Part shown: piece by piece, positions 1-8,020 of the stretch
Numbering within the stretch: position 1 is the stretch's first letter
Layout of the letters: each line of letters starts with the position of its first letter
Source of the DNA: a virus
Taxonomy: Duplodnaviria; Caudoviricetes
Direction: 5' to 3' (one strand)
Length of the DNA: 33,009 nucleotides
IMG/VR virus record: IMGVR_UViG_3300037782_000064
Location: 1 to 33,009 of that record
Made by a program: the position numbers and the translations under genes
Notes under the pieces: model-generated
What the model was told of the DNA's origin: nothing
The model's database searches: none
Seen by the model: the letters and a program-made list of their open reading frames with translations, nothing else

Positions 1-598
1 TGGAGTTACCGCCTTTGTTGTTGTCCCTATGGCAAGAAAATCCATAACGTTCATCAATCCAAACAATCCTTTTGTCTCGAAGGACCTGAAGCGAATAATC
101 AGCATCTACCTTCAGTTTGTTCTCTTCCGTAAATCTGTGCTCCCTTCCAATGATCCCGACTATGGTTCCTACCCATGAAGTCAATTTGAATGGCTCCGTG
201 TGTTGGTACTTTCTAACGTCGCCTTTCTGGGAAAATGAGAACAATGTGAGCCCGGCATCCAAAGCGCAAACTGCTGCGTTCAATATTATCTGTTCGATAA
301 GTTCTGGCCTCTTGACTATCTGCGGGGACTTTCTCAACAATAAGATAAATTGTCGAATGTCATCATCGAGCATGACTATTATTTCTTCCTTGAAATGATC
401 AAGGACCCAATTCCTTACCGATCCAAGGCCATGAATTTCGTCTGGTATAGTAACTACTTCATTCTTTCCAAAATCATTCTTTTCCAGATAGTCGGATTTC
501 TCGCTCTTTGGGACTACAATGGTGTATTCCTTCAGGATCTTGTGCGTAATGATGTTTTCGGATCTTCCGCGCGACAATATCACTTTTCGTATTTTCAT
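1..598 (-). CDS. TAGT/GREB1-like (GT-A fold) glycosyltransferase, truncated at window edge; absent from ORF track
   Basis: Manual translation from ATG at 598: MKIRKVILSRGRSENIITHK...GLGSVRNWVLDHFKEEIIVMLDDDI...KVDADYSLQVLRDKRIV...NKGGNS; SxGR, RN, DDD, KxDxD and GGN motifs typical of TET-associated glycosyltransferases. Confidence 0.75.
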   Translation of the reverse strand, partial: MKIRKVILSRGRSENIITHKILKEYTIVVPKSEKSDYLEKNDFGKNEVVTIPDEIHGLGSVRNWVLDHFKEEIIVMLDDDIRQFILLLRKSPQIVKRPELIEQIILNAAVCALDAGLTLFSFSQKGDVRKYQHTEPFKLTSWVGTIVGIIGREHRFTEENKLKVDADYSLQVLRDKRIVWIDERYGFSCHRDNNKGGNS

Positions 599-621
599 GG
601 CCTCTGACGGTGTTTTATGGG

Positions 622-873
622 TTAAGGTATGGTTTGTATCGAGACTTCCCCGTTCCTTCCTAATTTATAGACCTTTCGTCTTCTCCTTAGCCATTTGAGG
701 ACCATCGACTGCTCCTTTTGGCGTTTTTTGTAGTCTTTGAACGATTCTCCTTCCTTTCTTGCAGGATCGTAGGAGTTGAGAAAAGCGGTGGCATTGTCCA
801 CTTTCAGCATTGTTCTCGAAGTCTTTTCAGACTTCTTTCTTGGGTTGATAAGGTTCTTCAGTTTTTCAAACAT
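622..873 (-). CDS. Small basic hypothetical phage protein
   Basis: 83-aa ORF coupled to ParB-like gene (1-bp overlap); RKEGESFKDYKKRQ segment. Confidence 0.7.
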   Translation of the reverse strand: MFEKLKNLINPRKKSEKTSRTMLKVDNATAFLNSYDPARKEGESFKDYKKRQKEQSMVLKWLRRRRKVYKLGRNGEVSIQTIP

Positions 874-1511
874 TATTTCTGTGGTTTTAAAAGGTTCAAC
901 AATTTCTTTCCATCAACGACTCTTCCGAGTCCAAGGGTCTTTGTTTTTGGCGACAAAGATGTAGGGACCTTCTTCAGTCCCAATTCACTTATCACCTTCA
1001 GGTAATCGTTTGCATTATCAAAGAGGAATACAACATAATCGTGGTGCTCATTAAACTGTACTTCCATGGCATCGATTTTTTTCTGGTTCTCTTCGATTTC
1101 CTTGTTCTTTTCGTCTTCATCGACGTAACCAGTGGTGTCGGCACCCCACTTTATCAATCGATCTTCGCCAAATCTCAATATCGCTGCTCCCCACTTGAAT
1201 TGTCCAGAATGAAGATTGTCCTTAACGATAAACTCGTCGATCTTATCTTGGCTCCAATCCGAAACATCAACGGCGGGCACTTCCTTCCATCCGAGTTCCT
1301 TGCAAGCAGCAAGCCTTTGGTTCCCACCTATAACGACTCGGTTTTTATCGAAGGCCAAAGGACGAACTTCCATCATTTCCTTGAAGCCGTCAACTGATTT
1401 CCTCAATTCTTCCATATCCCTTTTCGATATTTCGCGAGGGTTTTCTGGGTCTGGTTTCAGGGAGTCTATTGGCACGTACTGTGCTACGAATTTCATTTTC
1501 TTTTTTGCCAT
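873..1511 (-). CDS. ParB/Srx N-terminal domain protein
   Basis: VPIDSLKPDPENPR...RPLAFDKNRVVIGGNQRLAACKELGWKEVP...KDN, canonical ParBc motifs. Confidence 0.9.
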   Translation of the reverse strand: MAKKKMKFVAQYVPIDSLKPDPENPREISKRDMEELRKSVDGFKEMMEVRPLAFDKNRVVIGGNQRLAACKELGWKEVPAVDVSDWSQDKIDEFIVKDNLHSGQFKWGAAILRFGEDRLIKWGADTTGYVDEDEKNKEIEENQKKIDAMEVQFNEHHDYVVFLFDNANDYLKVISELGLKKVPTSLSPKTKTLGLGRVVDGKKLLNLLKPQK

Positions 1512-1846
1512 TACAAAGAGGTGTTTAAGCCAGTTACTCTGGTAAAGATTTCCTGAAGTTGATCATTATAAATATTCTCGAAATACTCAACGGTGTCGTT
1601 GTTCATTTCCTTGGTCTTGGCGCTTATCCAAAATCGATAAAAATGGACGTTATAAGTGTCCATGGCGTTCAACGTTATCTGAAGCCTGTTTGCCTTGGAT
1701 TTGTTCTTTCGCAAGTGCATCCTTAAAAACTCCTGTCCTTCATCCTTTCCAGATAAGAAATTGTAAGATCCCGTCATGGCTACAAATTTGTTTCCCCCAA
1801 GTTGGTTCAGGATCTCTACTGCGGTTCTGTTGTTCTTCAAGTCCAT
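1511..1846 (-). CDS. Conserved hypothetical phage protein (ILNQLGGNKFVAMTG type)
   Basis: Recognisable phage motif QLGGxxFxAMTG...DTY...IYNDQLQEIFTRVTGL; start set at MDLK. Confidence 0.75.
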   Translation of the reverse strand: MDLKNNRTAVEILNQLGGNKFVAMTGSYNFLSGKDEGQEFLRMHLRKNKSKANRLQITLNAMDTYNVHFYRFWISAKTKEMNNDTVEYFENIYNDQLQEIFTRVTGLNTSL

Positions 1847-1867
1847 AATCATTGCAAGATATTAAAA

Positions 1868-2086
1868 TTAAACCTGTTTTCCTTCAGGGTACTTTGTGGC
1901 CAAAGGTCTGTAATCTTTGGATGCGGTCTTTCCGCATTTTTGACATTCCATTTCTGGAATTACATTGTTGTGGAAATTCGCGTCGTCATATCCATAAGCA
2001 TCCTTCTTGATGTGGCCACAATGCTCACATTCGTAATCTGCCCTAAAGTCTCTTCTGTGCTGACTGTTAATTTTCTTGATTCTCAT
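1868..2086 (-). CDS. Zinc-ribbon phage protein
   Basis: CEHC and CQKC pairs in 72 aa. Confidence 0.8.
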   Translation of the reverse strand: MRIKKINSQHRRDFRADYECEHCGHIKKDAYGYDDANFHNNVIPEMECQKCGKTASKDYRPLATKYPEGKQV

Positions 2087-2181
2087 TTTGTTTTGATTAA
2101 ATAGATTATTACTACGGTTACTATGGCTGCTATCCAGATGATAACGAACCAGTCTTTTACAAATCGGTCAAATTTTCTCAT
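2083..2181 (-). CDS. 32-aa single-pass membrane peptide (not in ORF track)
   Basis: MRKFDRFVKDWFVIIWIAAIVTVVIIYLIKTK*; ATGA overlap with the next gene. Confidence 0.7.
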   Translation of the reverse strand: MRKFDRFVKDWFVIIWIAAIVTVVIIYLIKTK

Positions 2182-2198
2182 TTTCTTAGGTTCTAAAT

Positions 2199-2264
2199 AA
2201 AGGGCCGAAGATGTTCCGATTTTGCTCACTAACCAATTAAATTTTTGGAAGTCAACGGCCCTTT
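2199..2264. repeat. Intergenic inverted repeat, 9-bp arms around a 48-nt AT-rich loop
   Basis: AAAGGGCCG (2199-2207) / CGGCCCTTT (2256-2264). Confidence 0.75.
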
Positions 2265-2268
2265 TCTA

Positions 2269-2712
2269 TTAAAAGTTGTAGTCGTAAAAACGCTCTGGCT
2301 TGTCCGACATTCTAAATCTTCTGTATTTGCCTTTTGCCCAAAAACCTCTCTTGCTCCATCGTATGCGTATGATCGGGTTTTCTGGGTTACTGGTGTATTC
2401 GTATTCCTGTCCGCTCCGATTGTCGTGGAAATGGCCTAAGAATCCGCCCGGACTGAAATTCTTTGGCGCCTTGATCTGTTTGTAATCCATTGCGCGTATT
2501 TCAACGGTCTGGTCTGAAACGACCCTAACAACTTCAAAGGGAACAATGTCAGTGTACAGTTTTTCGTTGCAATACTTCTTGACTTTTTTCCTTTCGGCCA
2601 GTTCGATTTCCATTTTTTGCTTCTGTTCCATTCTTGAAAATTCAATCCTTTTTTCGATTGGAACCTGGATCCTTTCCTTGTAAGGAAGTGAAATAAATTT
2701 TGCGTAGTCCAT
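2269..2712 (-). CDS. Hypothetical phage protein
   Basis: 147-aa ORF with tight operon spacing; ends ERFYDYNF. Confidence 0.8.
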   Translation of the reverse strand: MDYAKFISLPYKERIQVPIEKRIEFSRMEQKQKMEIELAERKKVKKYCNEKLYTDIVPFEVVRVVSDQTVEIRAMDYKQIKAPKNFSPGGFLGHFHDNRSGQEYEYTSNPENPIIRIRWSKRGFWAKGKYRRFRMSDKPERFYDYNF

Positions 2713-2714
2713 GA

Positions 2715-3080
2715 TTATTTGATATTAAAGTATTTCTTTGCTTTGCTTGCGGGTATTTCAAAAGCGACTTGCTCTTTAGGGTAGTCGTGTTTTTTGTTCC
2801 ACTCACCATTGAGCGATAAAAGCCTAAATTTTGATTTTGGATATTCAACACAAAGGTTTCTGATGTTTTCGTCGTTTTCAAGCAAATCCATCAAATCGTT
2901 TACTGCTCTTTTGTAAGATGTTGCAAAAGTCTTTCCAGTAGAAGCAGAAGTTCCACTTGGATCGTCAATTTCAAAATCTTTGTAAATTATTGGAGTCCAT
3001 TCGATAAACCCGATGTAGTCATTGTACAATCTAAAAATTGGATTTTCTTTGTTAGGCTTGATAATTGCTTTTGTTTCCAT
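2715..3080 (-). CDS. Hypothetical protein, first gene behind the promoter at 3108-3141
   Basis: 121-aa ORF with A-rich leader. Confidence 0.8.
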   Translation of the reverse strand: METKAIIKPNKENPIFRLYNDYIGFIEWTPIIYKDFEIDDPSGTSASTGKTFATSYKRAVNDLMDLLENDENIRNLCVEYPKSKFRLLSLNGEWNKKHDYPKEQVAFEIPASKAKKYFNIK

Positions 3081-3107
3081 GATATTCTTATTTGTTGTTT
3101 TGATATT

Positions 3108-3141
3108 TCAAAGATAGTAAAAATTTTGGAAGGTTCGACAA
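3108..3141 (-). promoter_or_regulatory. Bacteroidota sigma-A type early promoter, copy 1 of a 34-bp repeat
   Basis: Minus strand TTG-N22-TATCTTTG; identical to 5128-5161. Confidence 0.8.
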
Positions 3142-3181
3142 GACAATACTAATATTTTGGAAATATTTTGACCGACTTAAA

Positions 3182-3211
3182 TAGATAGGGGCCCCAAACT
3201 TATGAGGCCCC
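3182..3211 (-). terminator. Putative intrinsic terminator hairpin
   Basis: GGGGCCTCA-TAAGTT-TGGGGCCCC followed by TATCTATTT (weak U tract). Confidence 0.6.
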
Positions 3212-3348
3212 GTTCAATCAAAAAACAAATAAATACCGAATATCAATCGGGTTTTATAATTTAAGAAGATTTTGCTCTGGAAACTTTTTATTTCAATAAA
3301 GGTCTTCCAGTATGTCCTTTACTTTAAAAGCGCGTAAAATCGAACCTT

Positions 3349-3912
3349 TCAGTCTTCAGGTATTTCATAATCGTAATCTACCCACTGTATCAATTGAAGG
3401 GTCTGTGATTCGTCGAACCACTTCAGGAATTTCTTTGTGTCCCCAAATCCGTCGTTTTTAGCAAACTCGATAAGTACGGGACTTACCCAGACAACCATGC
3501 CAGAAATCATGTCAGCAGCCCTGAATTCTTTCTTCCCTATCTTCAGGTGCAAAACTTTTCTGCCGTTCGTCTCTGGGGACCAAGTGAACTTAACGTCCAC
3601 AAGTTTCTTGATCTTAAACTCTGGTGCAAATTGATATTGGTTCTCTGACCTTACGTTTACGCTCGCGTGTACCAAACTTCCGACTTTTCGCTTTGTGTTC
3701 TTTTTCCTCAAAGTGTGGATCTTTGGAGAAGTGGTTTCCATAGCCCTGACATTGTAAGCCTCTGGATGGGCTTCCATCATTTTTATCATTTCTTCCCTTG
3801 GAACTACATTGTAATCCAAAAGGCTCTTGACGACTTTTTCAACGAAGTTTGTTCTGCCTTCGTTTATATCGACCTTTTTCGGGTAATTCGTTGTGAATCC
3901 TATTACTGCCAT
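3349..3912 (-). CDS. ASCH/PUA-like domain protein
   Basis: KIHTLR...GSLVH...R...QFAP...FAKNDGF...FLKWF...LIQW pattern of phage ASCH proteins. Confidence 0.7.
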   Translation of the reverse strand: MAVIGFTTNYPKKVDINEGRTNFVEKVVKSLLDYNVVPREEMIKMMEAHPEAYNVRAMETTSPKIHTLRKKNTKRKVGSLVHASVNVRSENQYQFAPEFKIKKLVDVKFTWSPETNGRKVLHLKIGKKEFRAADMISGMVVWVSPVLIEFAKNDGFGDTKKFLKWFDESQTLQLIQWVDYDYEIPED

Positions 3913-3913
3913 T

Positions 3914-4060
3914 TTATACTGGTTTGAGGTTAGATAATTCTTCTTTTTTGTACTTTGTGTTCAGATCAACTGAATCGACATATCCGCCTTCCCTGTGCTT
4001 GTAAACCTTCACTTCTTTTCCTGTGGCCTTTAGTACGGCCTTAAATTCATTTACTGACAT
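3914..4060 (-). CDS. 48-aa hypothetical protein (not in ORF track)
   Basis: MSVNEFKAVLKATGKEVKVYKHREGGYVDSVDLNTKYKKEELSNLKPV*; fills the gap behind a promoter. Confidence 0.75.
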   Translation of the reverse strand: MSVNEFKAVLKATGKEVKVYKHREGGYVDSVDLNTKYKKEELSNLKPV

Positions 4061-4076
4061 TGTTTTGGTATTTGTT

Positions 4077-4103
4077 CAAATATACTAATTACTTAATTAT
4101 CAA
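4077..4103 (-). promoter_or_regulatory. Putative sigma-A promoter
   Basis: TATATTTG -7 element at 4077-4084; TTG only 16 nt upstream (short spacer). Confidence 0.5.
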
Positions 4104-4318
4104 GATCTGGCCGTCAATTCGTCTGCTTCCGAGTCCATCCCGAAATTTCTTAACAACTTGCACAAATCAGATCTGTCGTGATCTCCTGCCGAGGTTCTTG
4201 GAAGGGTTTCCCATTTGTCACATACCAACTGGAATATGATTGCCCTGTCCTTTGTTCCGATCAATACCGTCCTTCTCAATTTTTCCGAAACGGTCTTTGG
4301 TTCCAATACGCTACACAT
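4100..4318 (-). CDS. Hypothetical protein
   Basis: 72-aa ORF overlapping its neighbour by 8 bp. Confidence 0.7.
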   Translation of the reverse strand: MCSVLEPKTVSEKLRRTVLIGTKDRAIIFQLVCDKWETLPRTSAGDHDRSDLCKLLRNFGMDSEADELTARS

Positions 4319-4622
4319 AATGCTCGATTACAAGTTCGACTCTAAGCCTGTCCTCAAAATGATCCCTATCGAAAATAGCGTCCTCTTCAGTCGCGTACCT
4401 TCCTATCAAAAAATCGCCACGGTGATTGTTCCTGTCCCAAAGTTCGTAGGGAAGTTCATAATACAGTTTTTTGGCCTCTTCCTCAAAGTGGTGCCAATAA
4501 ATACCCGTAAGGTCTAAAGGAAATTGATCTTGCGCTGCCATTTTTACCATCTTTGGCTTGATAAGTTTCTCGAAAACTTCCCGTGCTTCTGCAATGGAAA
4601 TTCCTGCTTTACTTGTTGTCAT
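4311..4622 (-). CDS. Hypothetical protein
   Basis: 103-aa ORF, coupled overlap. Confidence 0.75.
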   Translation of the reverse strand: MTTSKAGISIAEAREVFEKLIKPKMVKMAAQDQFPLDLTGIYWHHFEEEAKKLYYELPYELWDRNNHRGDFLIGRYATEEDAIFDRDHFEDRLRVELVIEHYV

Positions 4623-4833
4623 CTGTTTTGATTTTTGTTACTCTGAATATTCCGACAGTATGTTCAGTTATCATGTCTCTTTTTAGTTGTCCGTTGAAGT
4701 CTTCCAAACGGTTTATAAAGAGTGAATAATGATTACTTTCAACAACTCCATCTGTTCTGTGGTAATTGTCCTGAATTATGATCAACGGAACAAAATTGGA
4801 ATTTGTTATTGCGTGTTTTACTACTATCTTCAT
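4609..4833 (-). CDS. Hypothetical protein
   Basis: 74-aa ORF, coupled. Confidence 0.7.
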   Translation of the reverse strand: MKIVVKHAITNSNFVPLIIIQDNYHRTDGVVESNHYSLFINRLEDFNGQLKRDMITEHTVGIFRVTKIKTDDNK

Positions 4834-5106
4834 TTATCTGGAAATAAAGGTTATTTCATAAAGGCCACGTATCTTGAAGGTAATCCTGTCCTGTCCAGAC
4901 TCCATGGCCTTGGTAAAATGTTTGTCCCTGTATTTCTTACCGAATTTTTCAGCATACTTTCCTGCCGAAATAAGGTTTGAATAGCCGGGCGCTTCGTCTG
5001 CGGTTCTCCATCTGATAAGGAAATTCTTGTTGATCTCAGATCTTGAAGGAACGTCCATTTTTGGAAATTGAAAATTTGTTCTGCTTGTTCTGATTGCTAC
5101 TTCCAT
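4834..5106 (-). CDS. Hypothetical protein, first gene behind the promoter at 5128-5161
   Basis: 90-aa ORF with A-rich leader. Confidence 0.8.
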   Translation of the reverse strand: MEVAIRTSRTNFQFPKMDVPSRSEINKNFLIRWRTADEAPGYSNLISAGKYAEKFGKKYRDKHFTKAMESGQDRITFKIRGLYEITFISR

Positions 5107-5127
5107 GATATTTATTGTTTTGATGTC

Positions 5128-5161
5128 TCAAAGATAGTAAAAATTTTGGAAGGTTCGACAA
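5128..5161 (-). promoter_or_regulatory. Sigma-A type early promoter, copy 2 of the 34-bp repeat
   Basis: TTTG-N22-TATCTTTG; identical to 3108-3141. Confidence 0.8.
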
Positions 5162-5182
5162 ACAGTTGCTAAAAAAATAGCA

Positions 5183-5668
5183 TCAAAACGGAAGGTCGTC
5201 GTCTTCTTCCTCTTCATCAAAGGGACGTGGACTTTTATTGTCCGAGTTCAAAAAATCATTTCCCGCGTTTTCTGGTTTACTGTTCTTTTTGCCGTTTCCA
5301 GTGATTTCAGTCCTTGGTTGTTCGACATTAGATGAACCCTTTGCGGGATCTAAGAACTGGACTGTAACTGCCCTTATTTCAGTGGTGTAAACGTCCTTTC
5401 CGTCATCACCTTGGAATTTCCTGTATGAAATACTTCCCTTTACAAAGACTTTAGATCCCTTGCTTAGATATTTTTCGCAATTCTCCGCAATTTTGTTACG
5501 GACCACTATGTTGTGCCAAGATGTTTCCGTCTGCTTTTCGCCAGTGTCCTTTTTAGTCCATGATTTTGACGTTGCCAATGGAAATCTACCTATGCAGTCA
5601 CCGCTTTCAAAATAATGCAACTTTACTTCGTCGCCCAAATTTCCGATTAAGATTACTTCGTTTACCAT
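5183..5668 (-). CDS. ssb: Single-stranded DNA-binding protein
   Basis: VNEVILIGNLG...TSWHNIVV...YLSKGSKVFVKG; acidic tail ending DDDLPF. Confidence 0.97.
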   Translation of the reverse strand: MVNEVILIGNLGDEVKLHYFESGDCIGRFPLATSKSWTKKDTGEKQTETSWHNIVVRNKIAENCEKYLSKGSKVFVKGSISYRKFQGDDGKDVYTTEIRAVTVQFLDPAKGSSNVEQPRTEITGNGKKNSKPENAGNDFLNSDNKSPRPFDEEEEDDDLPF

Positions 5669-5669
5669 T

Positions 5670-5855
5670 TTACTCTGTTGATTTGAAGGAATGAAATCCT
5701 TGTTGATAAATTAAAAATGACCATCCTTTTTTTTTAGGAAGGTTTTTTGCCTCAAATAAAGTCATCGTTTTGACTCTAATTCGATTTTTATTGATTGCCA
5801 CTACGTCCACTTTAGTCTCTGGCGGTAATTCAATATGTTTCCTGTTCGACCTCAA
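5670..5855 (-). CDS. Hypothetical protein
   Basis: 61-aa ORF filling the gap, coupled. Confidence 0.6.
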   Translation of the reverse strand: MRSNRKHIELPPETKVDVVAINKNRIRVKTMTLFEAKNLPKKKGWSFLIYQQGFHSFKSTE

Positions 5856-6316
5856 ACTCTGTTAGATCTTCGTACCGAGTAGCCCATCGAATAGGCCCAC
5901 TCTGGATTGTTCTCGATTTGTTCATGTGCGCTCCTGCAAACTGGAAGAAAGAACCTTGTATCTACAAGCAAAGAAATCCCGTTTTCCTTGGCCCACTGAT
6001 CCGCATAACCTTCCCTTCCCATTTTGTGATGAATTTCAGTCGCCATGCAATTTCCATGCACACGGCAAGATCTGTTGATAGGGTCTTTGAAAAACTCCTT
6101 GCGAATTCTGGAATACTCTTGGTTCTTCCTTGACTGTTTTTCTGAAATCCTTTTGATTCTGGACCGCTTAATTTTTGTTTTCCTGACTTCTCCGGCATCC
6201 TTTTTGTTCTTTCGTGTACAATTATAGGAACAATACTTTTGCGTCGATAGGAATGGCGTGAATACATTCTGGCAATCTTTGTCCGCGCAAGTCCGTTCTT
6301 TTGTCCTTTTCTTCAT
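5852..6316 (-). CDS. Zn-finger plus HNH-like endonuclease (NinG-like architecture)
   Basis: N-terminal C-x4-C...QKYCSYNC; C-terminal C..C...EIHHKMGR...LPVCRSAHEQI. Confidence 0.75.
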   Translation of the reverse strand: MKKRTKERTCADKDCQNVFTPFLSTQKYCSYNCTRKNKKDAGEVRKTKIKRSRIKRISEKQSRKNQEYSRIRKEFFKDPINRSCRVHGNCMATEIHHKMGREGYADQWAKENGISLLVDTRFFLPVCRSAHEQIENNPEWAYSMGYSVRRSNRV

Positions 6317-6330
6317 GTTTTGATAAAAGT

Positions 6331-6396
6331 AGGACGGTGCTGTTTCTTAGAATTTTTAAAACAAACGATTTGACTTTTTTTGAAAGGCACCGTCCT
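6331..6396. repeat. Intergenic inverted repeat, 10-bp arms around a 46-nt AT-rich loop
   Basis: AGGACGGTGC (6331-6340) / GCACCGTCCT (6387-6396). Confidence 0.8.
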
Positions 6397-6406
6397 TGGT
6401 TAATCA

Positions 6407-6904
6407 CTAAACTGCTTCAAGGTGCTCTTCCTCTTCCTCGACTTCATCCTTTCCGTCGAACAATTTCAGTTGGGAACGCTTTCCTTCCGCTTCGTACTCG
6501 TAAACTTCATTTTCAAGGATGTCAAGAAGATCGAACAACTTTACGGCCTTTTGGAAGTTTTCCGAGTCCTTGGCGATACGTCCAGAATTTTTGACGGCCT
6601 TACCTGAAACAGATGTTTTGACGTGCGTAATGATACAAGTTTCAAGGTCTGGGAAGATGGTAACGCCAGTAACCTTAACTTCCGTTCCTTTCTTGTAGTC
6701 TTCATCATACATGACAATTTCATCGATAGCCTGTAAAGCATCCAAAAGATCTGGGTGTGGATCATCCTTGTACGTTTTGGTGACGTTGGCTTGGCTCTTT
6801 ACCCCGCCCGTCAACACAATTGTCTGACGATAACCCAACTGGATCCCTGCACTTGTCCTCTTGAATTTCTTCAGTTCAAAATGCTCTCTTTTTAAATCAC
6901 TCAT
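6407..6904 (-). CDS. Hypothetical phage protein with acidic tail
   Basis: Start moved to MSDLK (6904); PHPDL motif and VTGV strand. Confidence 0.75.
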   Translation of the reverse strand: MSDLKREHFELKKFKRTSAGIQLGYRQTIVLTGGVKSQANVTKTYKDDPHPDLLDALQAIDEIVMYDEDYKKGTEVKVTGVTIFPDLETCIITHVKTSVSGKAVKNSGRIAKDSENFQKAVKLFDLLDILENEVYEYEAEGKRSQLKLFDGKDEVEEEEEHLEAV

Positions 6905-7175
6905 TTGATTTCGGTTTATCTGAAGGCTTGCTATTATTCCCTTCAAGTTGCACCAAGCCTTCTTTCTGCAACTTTGAAAGTATCAATACGATTTGTTCGT
7001 TCCTTATGAAAAAACCGCAACGTCTCAATTCCAGATTTATCTGTGCGTTGGTTATCGGCTTCCCGTTGGACGCCTGTATGATCACAAGTAATGTTTCTGT
7101 AAGGGCAACGGCTACATTGGTATTTAGGATTTCCCCGTCGCGATCAAAAATTTGATCATCATTCAATATTATCAT
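6897..7175 (-). CDS. Possible winged-helix protein
   Basis: PITNAQINLEL...IVLILSKLQKEGLV pattern. Confidence 0.5.
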   Translation of the reverse strand: MIILNDDQIFDRDGEILNTNVAVALTETLLVIIQASNGKPITNAQINLELRRCGFFIRNEQIVLILSKLQKEGLVQLEGNNSKPSDKPKSNE

Positions 7176-7663
7176 CTTTTCGATATTAAAGAGTTCAACT
7201 GTTTTTCGGTTAGGTCTTTTGGACCGAGTATTTCATTTGGATAACTGGCAACGTAATCCAGATTTATCGCAAGGAACCTGATAATGTACTCAATAAAATA
7301 AATGAACTGTTTCATTGTGACTTCGGTTTCCGAGTCCTTCAGGGTGTGAGGTTCCTTTCTGTAACGCTGCTGTTCATCATCAAAAACATCTTTGTACAAC
7401 GCTTTCATCCTAAAGGTGTGGTCTATGGTGTCAAGGTCGTACTCATATCCCGCGTTCCAAAAGGCTATCTGGGCCTCTTTCAAAAGAACTCCAAAGTAAT
7501 ATTTCCTTAATTGGTGGGAAATGGTTCCAGACCTTGTATGCACTTCAATAATGACTTTTTGATTTGGACAATCGAATATCCTTTTCCCAAATCCATCCCT
7601 GTCATAAATGTACAGTTTTCCATTTTCGATTTCACCAAAATGTCTTACCAAAAGATTATCCAC
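7172..7663 (-). CDS. NinB/Orf-like recombination accessory protein
   Basis: SHQLRKYYFGVLL...HTF...VTMKQFIYFIEYI...YP pattern; recombination context. Confidence 0.55.
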   Translation of the reverse strand: MDNLLVRHFGEIENGKLYIYDRDGFGKRIFDCPNQKVIIEVHTRSGTISHQLRKYYFGVLLKEAQIAFWNAGYEYDLDTIDHTFRMKALYKDVFDDEQQRYRKEPHTLKDSETEVTMKQFIYFIEYIIRFLAINLDYVASYPNEILGPKDLTEKQLNSLISKR

Positions 7664-8018
7664 CGAGAATAGAGTTTTGAGTATCTGGGTCTGTAATGGT
7701 TCCAGATTTTACGGCCATGATCAATTTAATGGCGTCCTTTACTGGTATGGAACTATGGAATTCAAGTGTTTCTTCCTTAGATCCGGGCACGATAACTTCA
7801 GGGGTCTTCTTTTTATCCCTTCCAGAAAGTGCGTTCAGGAAATCTTTTTCAAATTCGGCCATATCGCCCAAAAAAAGGTAAATATTGCTCGGCTTCAGAA
7901 AAAAGAACAATTGCGACATTTTTTTTTGCGTACTCCTTACAACGTAAAATCCAGTTTCTTTAAAATCTTCTGACGAAGGATAATCTGGGATTTCGATTTC
8001 AAAAAAATATTCTTCCAT
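7656..8018 (-). CDS. Hypothetical protein
   Basis: Start moved to MEEYF (8018), just after the RuvC stop. Confidence 0.7.
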   Translation of the reverse strand: MEEYFFEIEIPDYPSSEDFKETGFYVVRSTQKKMSQLFFFLKPSNIYLFLGDMAEFEKDFLNALSGRDKKKTPEVIVPGSKEETLEFHSSIPVKDAIKLIMAVKSGTITDPDTQNSILGG

Positions 8019-8020
8019 GT

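Noticed and set aside
873-1511. ParB as evidence of plasmid-prophage partitioning
   Set aside because: No ParA or HTH/parS-binding region; context fits the phage modification/packaging-associated ParB class
3130-3348. GGTTCGA T-loop-like words (3132, 5152, and minus strand near 3340) as tRNA
   Set aside because: No cloverleaf, acceptor stem or anticodon arm can be built
3108-5161. 34-bp direct repeat as a CRISPR repeat or att site
   Set aside because: Only two copies 2 kb apart with genes between; explained as promoters; no integrase or cas genes
6222-6407. 61-aa minus-strand ORF
   Set aside because: Crosses the inverted-repeat element and overlaps the HNH gene out of frame
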